A DNA stretch of 59,262 nt, filler included. It is 6 parts of 6 records of this genome, joined end to end, with 100 filler letters (N's around TTAATTAATTAA, not from the genome) between each part and the next. Parts side by side here need not be neighbours in the genome. Positions count along the whole stretch, not along the records: positions 52,397 to 59,262 come from SRR31147125_4344; 5 more parts are not named here. One strand, written 5' to 3'. Position 1 is the first letter of the stretch. Each line of letters starts with the position of its first letter. Under the pieces are notes generated by a model that searched no databases, was not told where the DNA came from, and worked only from the letters and a program-made list of their open reading frames with translations. Positions 52,409 through 59,262 of this stretch are shown here, piece by piece. Both the position numbers and the translations under genes were made by a program.

Positions 52409-52425
52409 AGCAGTGAGCGTGCCAA
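52409..52425 (-). promoter_or_regulatory. sigma54 (-24/-12) promoter pointing off the contig
   Basis: Minus strand TTGGCACGCTCACTGCT, GG-N10-GC spacing; IHF-like site at 52454-52466. Confidence 0.75.
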
Positions 52426-52751
52426 GACTGGAAAAAAGAGAGTAGTAAATCTTTAACCTACTGGAATCAAAGGGGAATAAAATATTCAAAAAGGATGTCA
52501 GCGCCCTGTTCGGCACGAGATGCTGTATATTCTCCACATACAGAGGAGGATAGGCCATGGCCCTAGCCGAGATTCCTAACCTGCTATAATCAATAGGCTT
52601 TTCAGGCTGAATGGAAAGCGTATATCATTTATTATCTGAAATATATTTTATTTATGCGGTCATTCATGACATTGATCTCTGAGATAAAAGCCAGTAGTAT
52701 CGGCCTTGCTTTTCATCTTACAGCGGAACAGACAGTGCGAGCAGGCGTACC

Positions 52752-53079
52752 ATGAGCGACAACAACCCGACCGACCCATCTGAATACAGTGCCGGACTCA
52801 AAAAGGTCCGGCAGCGACGTTGGTTTCTCTGGATTGTTATTCTGGTCTACCTACCAGCCATGGTGGTTGCACTTGACTCTCCTGACTATAAATCACGTGC
52901 AGCGACGGTTTTCGTTGTCTGGCTTGTGCTGCTCATCATTGCCGTCGCTTTTGCCTGTATTGTTCGCCGCCCGCTGCGGCGAATGCTTTCACACTCATGG
53001 GCCAACCTTTCTCCCATTTCGCCGCTGCCTTCACTGTTCACTGCATGTCAACGCCGACAAACGCTCTGTAAAAAAATAG
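52752..53079 (+). CDS. Small 2-TM protein with C-terminal Cys/His ribbon (paralog 1), frameshift near 52968
   Basis: GLKKVRQRRWFLW + two hydrophobic helices in one frame; RCGECFH...RRCLHC...NADKR in the adjacent frame; aligns with paralog 2. Confidence 0.75.
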
Positions 53080-53165
53080 CTCTGAACGATAAGCATTGCC
53101 CTGCTTCTCCACATGAAGTACTCTGATTTGCGTGGAAATTATATTGAATCGCACAGGAGGAGCCC

Positions 53166-53485
53166 TTGGACGCGAATACCGAAGTCAACCCTGAAGAACT
53201 CCATTCCGGCTTAAAAAAATTCGCCTGCGTCGTTGGTTCCTGTGGATCCTTATCATTGCCTATCTCCCCCTGATGATGCTCGCCATGCGCGCCGAGCAGG
53301 CTGCCCAGATGATCGTAGCGGCCTTTGTCGCCTGGGTCCTTCTACTGATTGTTGCCGTAGCACTCATGGCGCTGGTCCGCTGCCCGGCGTGTGGCAATTG
53401 CTATCACATGAACGGCTTTCTGTTCCGTCCGGTACGTAAATGTTTTTCCTGTGGGCTACCATTAAATGCCGATAAAAAGCGATAA
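53166..53485 (+). CDS. Small 2-TM protein with C-terminal Cys/His ribbon (paralog 2), 1-bp frameshift in A7 run
   Basis: SD AGGAGG + TTG start; +1 A at 53213-53219 gives GLKKIRLRRWFLW...RCPACGNCYH...RKCFSC...NADKKR. Confidence 0.78.
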
Positions 53486-53537
53486 CTCCGACAGGCAATT
53501 CCAGGTACGTCAATCCCTTTCAGGAGCCACTTTCCCC

Positions 53538-53566
53538 TTGACGGCCAACATCACAGCAGGCAAACT
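53538..53566 (+). promoter_or_regulatory. sigma70-type promoter for leader/EamA transcript
   Basis: TTGACG-17bp-CAAACT; ATG begins 7 nt after the -10. Confidence 0.6.
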
Positions 53567-53572
53567 CACATG

Positions 53573-53680
53573 ATGCTGACAACAACCTTCAATCACATGT
53601 CGACGTTCACAATTCGCGAACGATATCTATTTGTCGTTTGGCCTGTGTCGATCTGTGCCCGAGGTATTGTGACCAGCTGA
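53573..53680 (+). CDS. Putative leaderless attenuator leader peptide (35 aa; 36 aa from ATG 53570)
   Basis: MLTTTFNHMSTFTIRERYLFVVWPVSICARGIVTS*; contains antiterminator segment 53650-53661. Confidence 0.6.
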   Translation: MLTTTFNHMSTFTIRERYLFVVWPVSICARGIVTS

Positions 53681-53704
53681 GTCCTGCTCACATATATTAA
53701 TTTT

Positions 53705-53743
53705 AACGGCCGCAGATCAATTTGATGTGCGGCCGTTTTTTTT
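53705..53743 (+). terminator. Attenuator terminator upstream of EamA gene
   Basis: AACGGCCGCAGATCAA / TTGATGTGCGGCCGTT (15/16 complementary) plus T-run, 28 nt before the start codon. Confidence 0.85.
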
Positions 53744-53771
53744 GACCTGTATCTGGAAAGGAGAATCTGTC

Positions 53772-54695
53772 ATGCCAGTGTCGACAGCTTACCTGGGAGT
53801 TATCGTCATCTGGACGACGACCCCGCTGGCGATTAAATGGGGCGCAGAAGGAAGTCATGTTTTATTCGCGGTCACCGCACGGATGCTTATCGGTACGCTT
53901 CTCAGTCTGATCCTGCTCCGACTGACCCGCACACCCTTCTCCTGGAATCGCAAGGCTCGGCACACCTACCTCAGCATCGGCCTGGGTGTTTACGGCGCCA
54001 TGATCCTGGTCTACTGGGGTGCCCAGTTCATTCCATCAGGACTGGTCTCCGTCATTTTTGGGCTTGCGCCGATTACGACCAGTCTGCTCGCGGTGTTGCT
54101 GATCAACGAAAACAACCTGACGGCGATCAAACTTGGTAGCATGGGCCTCGGACTTTTCGGGCTGATTGTCATCTTCAATAACGGCATGACATTCACCGGG
54201 CAGGCCGGTTGGGGCATTGCGGCTGTGTTCACGGCTATGATCATCCATTGCAGCAGTGCTGTCTGGGTGAAAAGGATCGATTCGCGGCTACCGGCCCTGA
54301 CTTCAACCACAGGCGGTCTCATAGTCGCGACATTCCTGCTGCAAACCACCTGGATCGTCCTCGACGCCCACCTTCCGGGCACGGTCACCACAAAAGCAGC
54401 CTGGTCCATCATTTACCTCGGAATGGCCGGTTCAGTGCTCGGATTTTCATTATATTTCTATTTGCTCAAACACTGTGAGGCGACACAAGTGGCCCTGATT
54501 ACCCTGATCACTCCCGTTTCAGCACTACTTCTGGGAGTGTGGTTAAACGACGAATCCCTGACATGGAACCTTTCCATTGGAACAGGAATCATCCTGCTGG
54601 GATTGGTCCTGTTTCAATTCGGAGACAACTGGCTCTATCGTTTGCTCCGGGGTGATGAAAACAGTTGCATCGAGGATAACAGTCAGGAGTCATAA
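53772..54695 (+). CDS. DMT/EamA-family transporter
   Basis: About 10 hydrophobic helices, IWTTTPLAIK, two EamA repeats, LITPV..LLLGVWLNDE; SD AAGGAG. Confidence 0.92.
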   Translation: MPVSTAYLGVIVIWTTTPLAIKWGAEGSHVLFAVTARMLIGTLLSLILLRLTRTPFSWNRKARHTYLSIGLGVYGAMILVYWGAQFIPSGLVSVIFGLAPITTSLLAVLLINENNLTAIKLGSMGLGLFGLIVIFNNGMTFTGQAGWGIAAVFTAMIIHCSSAVWVKRIDSRLPALTSTTGGLIVATFLLQTTWIVLDAHLPGTVTTKAAWSIIYLGMAGSVLGFSLYFYLLKHCEATQVALITLITPVSALLLGVWLNDESLTWNLSIGTGIILLGLVLFQFGDNWLYRLLRGDENSCIEDNSQES

Positions 54696-55103
54696 AGATA
54701 ACCAGAGCGACAAAGCGGAAATCAGTATGCACAAGGGAGTAAAAATCAAGGAGTCGTTACGGGCAAATTTTGTCTCTCGAAATTTTTTGAAAAGCCCGGC
54801 GTATCTGAAATCACCAATGGCCCTGAAAGCAAATACCACAGCAAGAGACCACACACCAAGGCTGGGGAGCCAGAGTGGCTTGGTGGCCGGGAAGAACCCT
54901 TTCCAGACCACCAGCGCTCCGGCCCCCAGTAAAGCCACCGCAACGAGGAGCGTCGCCAACACTCCCGGTTTGAACAGGGGCTTTCCGCCCTGAGTGGGGA
55001 TAACACCATCAAGCCAGAATGTTCCTCCAAAAGCCCAATAAACATGAATTCCGGAAAGGCAGAGGAACACGATCAGAAGTATTGATGCTGGAAGAACAGC
55101 CAT
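54690..55103 (-). CDS. DUF3995-like membrane protein
   Basis: IHVYWAFGG, RAIGDFRYAGLFK, FARNDSLIFTPLC; start at ATG 55103. Confidence 0.8.
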   Translation of the reverse strand: MAVLPASILLIVFLCLSGIHVYWAFGGTFWLDGVIPTQGGKPLFKPGVLATLLVAVALLGAGALVVWKGFFPATKPLWLPSLGVWSLAVVFAFRAIGDFRYAGLFKKFRETKFARNDSLIFTPLCILISALSLWLSL

Positions 55104-55113
55104 GTTTCTCTCT

Positions 55114-56298
55114 TTAACCCTGATCCTGTAATTTTCTGATGGCAACACCAAGCCGCTGTATTCCCGTCTCCGTCGTCTCTTGATCGGTACAGGAAAAATT
55201 GAGCCGGAAGGAATGTTTACCGTTGTCATTAATATAGAAAGGGTCGCCGGGAACAAAAACAACGCCCTCTTTTACCGCCAGATCAAACAGATCCATAGCT
55301 GCAATAGAGCTAGGGAGCGTCACCCAGAGGAACATACCGCCTTCCGGCCGCGTCGAAACAACTTCTAGAGGGAAATACTTGTCCATACTTTTCAACATGC
55401 TGAGACATTGCTCGCCATATTTTTGAGCAACCGTCTCGACGTGGGCTCTGATGTCATTTTCCCGCAAATATTGATAAATAATGTATTGCGTAAAATGGCA
55501 GGTGTGCAAATCCGAAGCCTGTTTGGCAATCAACAGCTTGTTGAGAATCGCATCCGGAGCAACAATCCAGCCGATACGGAATCCGGGGACAATGACCTTG
55601 GAAAAAGATCCCAGGAGAATAACGTTTTCGGGAGAATACTGCTTGAATGATCTTTTCGCCTGCCCCATAAATCTCAGATCGCCGTACGGGTTATCCTCAA
55701 TCAGGAAGGTCGCCTTGTCTTTGATAATATTAATAATCTCTTGCCGATTTTCATCACTGTAAGTAATGCCTGACGGATTCTGAAAATTCGGAACCGAATA
55801 AATCAGCTTGGCACTGTTATGTGTAAAGGCCTGTCGCAAGGCGTCTGTGTTCATCCCCTCCTCTGAAACCGGAACAGGCAGGAACGTCGGCTTATAAAGG
55901 GAAAACGCCTGGATCGCTCCCAAATATCCCGGTTCTTCCAGAACCACTCCATCGCCATCATTGAGGAGAACTTTTCCCAACAGATCGAGGCCCTGCTGCG
56001 CACCATTGGTAATCAGGATATTCTCCGGGGAAACGGCCAACCCCTCCGACTGATAGTTTTCCGCAATATATTCCCTCAGTTTCAAATAACCTTCTGAGTT
56101 GCTGTACTGAAAGATATCGCTCCCGTAAATATCAAACACCTCATTCGTTGCCGCAGTCAGCTCTTTCACCGGAAACAGATCCCGGTTCGGCAGCCCTCCG
56201 GCAAATGAGATCACCTCCGGGTCCAGAGCAACTTTCAGTATTTCCCGGATAAATGATCTCGGAACATCGTTAACACGATCCGCAAAAATGTCATTCAT
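55114..56298 (-). CDS. PLP-dependent aminotransferase (LysN/MocR-like class I, no HTH)
   Basis: ISFAGGLP, TNGAQQGLD, PNFQNPSG, EDNPY, GSFSKVIVPGFRIGW, PEGGMFLW, RLNFS. Confidence 0.93.
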   Translation of the reverse strand: MNDIFADRVNDVPRSFIREILKVALDPEVISFAGGLPNRDLFPVKELTAATNEVFDIYGSDIFQYSNSEGYLKLREYIAENYQSEGLAVSPENILITNGAQQGLDLLGKVLLNDGDGVVLEEPGYLGAIQAFSLYKPTFLPVPVSEEGMNTDALRQAFTHNSAKLIYSVPNFQNPSGITYSDENRQEIINIIKDKATFLIEDNPYGDLRFMGQAKRSFKQYSPENVILLGSFSKVIVPGFRIGWIVAPDAILNKLLIAKQASDLHTCHFTQYIIYQYLRENDIRAHVETVAQKYGEQCLSMLKSMDKYFPLEVVSTRPEGGMFLWVTLPSSIAAMDLFDLAVKEGVVFVPGDPFYINDNGKHSFRLNFSCTDQETTETGIQRLGVAIRKLQDQG

Positions 56299-56449
56299 AG
56301 TCCTAGTTCTCGTTTCTTGATGAGCCGTTTAAGATTCCCGATACGGCCGTAGCACAACCATTTCTCACAATTTAGATGTTATTTTCTGCTTTGCATAGCG
56401 TATTTTCCGTCAAAGTTGGAATCAATACGAAACCTTTTTTCGCTCTGGT

Positions 56450-56815
56450 TTGTGCTTTCAATGCCACATGGGTTATGACCATCCACAGTGGGAAATGTGG
56501 TCCAGCTCCAAACATGGTGCGCGTTACTTCACTCAAAAAGAGGGCGATCTGCCAGAAGGATACCCCTTTAACTACCCCTTCATCCTGGCCCTGATGCATA
56601 CCAACGGTGCTGCATGGAACGAAAAACTGGACGACCTGTCTTTCATTGACCAGGTCCTCCTGCGGATGTATTTCAAGCATCGGATGCGGGCTTATCAAGC
56701 CTTCTTCCACGTCAACCCGGACTATGCCTACTGGTATGGCTGGAACATGATGACCGAAGACCTGGGTGAGATTAAGCACCTGGCGAAAGAACTTCGCGCA
56801 AACCACGGCAAGTAA
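56450..56815 (+). pseudogene. Remnant of HAO-family multiheme cytochrome c
   Basis: CFQCHMGYDHPQWEMWSSSKHG and C-terminal FHVNPDYAYWYGW; only one CxxCH; in-frame stop upstream, no signal peptide. Confidence 0.75.
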
Positions 56816-56837
56816 GCCGCTTGCCGGATAGAACGAT

Positions 56838-56874
56838 CAAAGGCCGCTCCATAAGGAGCGGCCTTTGTGTTTTT
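56838..56874. terminator. Intrinsic terminator between convergent genes
   Basis: CAAAGGCCGCTCC-ATAA-GGAGCGGCCTTTG perfect 13-bp stem followed by TGTTTTT. Confidence 0.88.
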
Positions 56875-56904
56875 AAGAACTTTTGTTGAATGAAAAAGAC
56901 TCCG

Positions 56905-57903
56905 CTAAAGAACATCCTTCATGCCGCTGAAGTATTTCATAAACTGGACTCTTTCGTAGATAGCTGAATCGGTGCTCTTGTCCTGACTCATCTTTCCACG
57001 GAAGTCCTCAAGGGTCTCATACCTATGTCGGGTCATCCAATCCTCAAGCGTGTTGAGCATGGTGTGAGTATAATCCGGTCCGTTCTTGTACAATGCCGAC
57101 GCCACCTGCACCGCTTGTGCACCCGCCAGCAACTGCTTGATAACAGCCTCACCATCGTGAATGCCCGTGGACGCAGCCAGATCACACTCAACTTTCTGCG
57201 ACATCATAGCAACCCAACGCATCGACGTTACCAGATCGCCAGGCGTACTTAACACGTTTGTCTGCACCACTTTCTGTTCTTCAATATCAAAGTCCGGGCT
57301 GTAGAAACGGTTAAAGAGAACCAGACCTGAAACTCCCATTTTGGAGAGTTTCTGAATCGTCTGACCAAGGCTGGTAAAGTATGAGCTGATCTTAAGCGCC
57401 ACCGGAATGGACACTGTTTTGACAATTTTCTCGACAACATTGAAGTAAGCGCTCTCTACCTCTTCAGCACTCCGTTCCAGATCTGTGGGCAGAAAAAACA
57501 TGTTGAGTTCAAGAGCATCCGCACCCGCAGATTCGAGACGTTTTGCGTATTCAGTCCACTCATAGGAGTAGCTGCAGTTAATACTTGCGATAATCGGGAC
57601 ACTGACAGTCTCTTTTGCTTCCTTGATCAGCGTCGTATATTTTTCGAGATTCTCTTTTTTAATTGCCAGATCGTGATAATCGAAACGTTCCATCAGGTAA
57701 CGGTTTGAGTCAGAAACATCTTTCATGAGGTCGTTCATCTCGTGAATGATCTCCTCCTCGAAAATCGATTTGAGCACGATGGCTCCCGCGCCACCCTCTT
57801 CGAGTTTTTTTATTCCCGTCACAGAGCTTGAAAATCCGGAGCTTCCCGCAATAATCGGGTTTTTCAACTTTAATCCCATGTAGTTAGTCGCCAAGTTTGC
57901 CAT
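56905..57903 (-). CDS. Dihydroorotate dehydrogenase-like flavoprotein
   Basis: YMGLKLKNPIIAGSS, GAIVLKSIFEE, ALELN, VLFNRFY.PD, AASTGIH, YERVQFMK. Confidence 0.88.
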   Translation of the reverse strand: MANLATNYMGLKLKNPIIAGSSGFSSSVTGIKKLEEGGAGAIVLKSIFEEEIIHEMNDLMKDVSDSNRYLMERFDYHDLAIKKENLEKYTTLIKEAKETVSVPIIASINCSYSYEWTEYAKRLESAGADALELNMFFLPTDLERSAEEVESAYFNVVEKIVKTVSIPVALKISSYFTSLGQTIQKLSKMGVSGLVLFNRFYSPDFDIEEQKVVQTNVLSTPGDLVTSMRWVAMMSQKVECDLAASTGIHDGEAVIKQLLAGAQAVQVASALYKNGPDYTHTMLNTLEDWMTRHRYETLEDFRGKMSQDKSTDSAIYERVQFMKYFSGMKDVL

Positions 57904-58037
57904 TTTGATCCTGCTCCTTTCGCGTCATATGTCAATTCAAAACATAGCCAGATAATATTAATAACTATATAATAACAAATAGTACTCCGTTTAGACTAGA
58001 GCAGTGCCTTTTATTCAAGAGGTTCAATCACAATTTT

Positions 58038-58957
58038 TTAGTCAAAATGGTAAAGCCGTGCAGGGTTGTCGACCAGAATTTTATGACGGACCGCTTCCTC
58101 CGGAATCCAATCCAAAAGCAGATCGCACAGAGCTCCGTCGTTCGGCATGGTTCCTTTGACCATCACATGTGGCCAGTCACTCCCCCAGACAACCTGATCC
58201 GGCGCTGTTTGAATAAGCGCCTGCGCAAAGGGAATGGTATCGGCGTACACCAGCGGCTGACTTGATATGCGGTAAGGCCCAGTCAATTTCACCCAGCCAT
58301 GACCTGTTCGCAGCAGGCGCAGAAGCGCCTGAAACCCGGGATCATCAATACTCCTTTCAGTTTTCATATAGCCCAGATGTCCATAGACCGTATCGACGGG
58401 AAAACCGGTGAACATGGTGTCGAGCTCGGGAAACTCGTCAACATGCAGGAGCAGCTCAAGATGCCAGCCATACGGTGCGACTTTCATGGCCAGTCGCTCA
58501 AGCCTGTCCATGGGGAGCGTTCCGGCTTTGCGATCCTTCACATCGACGATATTAACGCGCACGCCGCGCACACCAATGTCATGCATTTGCTCCAATTCCT
58601 CGCTGGAAATATCCTCGGCGACAACGGCAACACCGCGGAAAGCAGGTCCCGCCTCTTTGATTGCATCAAGCATGGCTGAATTGTCAGTTCCGTATACACT
58701 GGGCTGCACCAGTACGGCGCGTTCGACACCCAGAGTCTTGAGCATCTTCTGGTAGTCAGCCAGTAATGAATTGGGCGGCGTATAAATCCGCTGAGACGAA
58801 TAAGGGTAACGGTCAAGAGGCCCACAGATATGCGCATGAGTGTCACAAAACAAGGGGGCAGCGCAAACCGTGGCAGGCGAGGATCAGGGTCGAACGCTGT
58901 GCACAAAGGGGCGTCCGGTGATGTTGCGGAGGCAGAAACGTTGGTTTGGTTACTCAT
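58038..58957 (-). CDS. Amidohydrolase_2 family (LigI / pyrone-dicarboxylate lactonase-like), 1-bp frameshift near 58856
   Basis: CDTHAH, VLVQPSVYGTDN, GVRGVR, WVKLTGPYR, WGSDWPH, NPARLY; N-terminal P..P.FALPP frame joins with +1 C in the G5 run. Confidence 0.88.
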
Positions 58958-59262
58958 GTCATTCCCTCTCTAGATAAGTTCAGGGTCAGATCACGATAAC
59001 CGATCGGTATTGTTCTTGTCTTTAAATAATGGAGCTTGGCTGACAAGGTTTTACAGTTCCCGTTTCCAACAGCCGCATCGAAAGTAATTTAAGCATAGAA
59101 TCGGCGGGTTCCGTCCTACCGCTCGAGTTACTTCCTGACCGATCCAGACAAGGAACGAATAACATCAGGGGTTCGTTTTAATTCGATACAAACACAGGAA
59201 GAAATTTGCTGATCGGAAACGCCTCCCACCGAGGCGACTGAGTTCGCCCGTGCGAGCGGAGC

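Noticed and set aside
52511-52525. Plus-strand sigma54-like CGGCACGAGATGCT
   Set aside because: GG-GC spacing is 8 rather than the required 10
59128-59262. Minus-strand open frame at the window end (APLARANS...SVRK*)
   Set aside because: Only 44 codons, no recognisable homology; cannot be supported
1-59262. CRISPR arrays, tRNA/rRNA genes, transposases/integrases, defence systems
   Set aside because: No regularly spaced repeats, cloverleaf or rRNA signatures, or matching protein motifs found by inspection

Overview
The window is not one locus. It is six unrelated contigs joined by five artificial 100-bp spacers (N44-TTAATTAATTAA-N44) at 8443, 19617, 38410, 46097 and 52297. Taxonomic labels below are inferred from protein style and base composition only. 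(1) 1-8442, FCB-type (Calditrichota/KSB1-like): rocD, trpS, S9 peptidase, a small lipoprotein that looks like a circularly permuted FlgD/T9SS-CTD Ig domain, a secreted NHLRC2/SOQ1-like Trx-NHL protein and a cytidylate-kinase-like protein. (2) 8543-19616, Bacteroidota PUL-like segment: secreted glycan-related proteins, a patch of gene remnants, a hybrid two-component system and a GH106-like hydrolase. (3) 19717-38409, AT-rich Acholeplasmataceae/Izemoplasmatales-like: maltodextrin/starch cluster (giant MalF, MalG, phosphorylase, four GH13s, LacI regulator with visible operators, MalQ), acpP, leuS. (4) 38510-46096, Desulfobacterales-like: radical SAM, PHP-GT4 fusion with a candidate Pho box, YqaA/DedA, phoU, pstB, pstS, with no pstCA between pstS and pstB. 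(5) 46197-52296, Fusobacteriota-like: LysM-M23, ispG, two related lipoproteins, a PTS-IIA domain protein, a GH13 lacking its catalytic residues, glyA. (6) 52397-59262, Desulfuromonadales-like: sigma54 promoter, two tandem paralogous 2-TM/Cys-ribbon proteins, a leaderless-uORF attenuator ahead of a DMT/EamA transporter, DUF3995-like protein, PLP aminotransferase, an HAO-family cytochrome remnant, DHOD-like protein, LigI-like amidohydrolase. About ten genes are split by small indels, mostly in homopolymers, which are probably long-read errors. No rRNA, tRNA, CRISPR array or transposase was seen. Best leads: the putative Pho-regulated PHP-GT4/radical-SAM module, the permuted CTD lipoprotein, the leader-peptide attenuator and the GH13 pseudo-enzyme.
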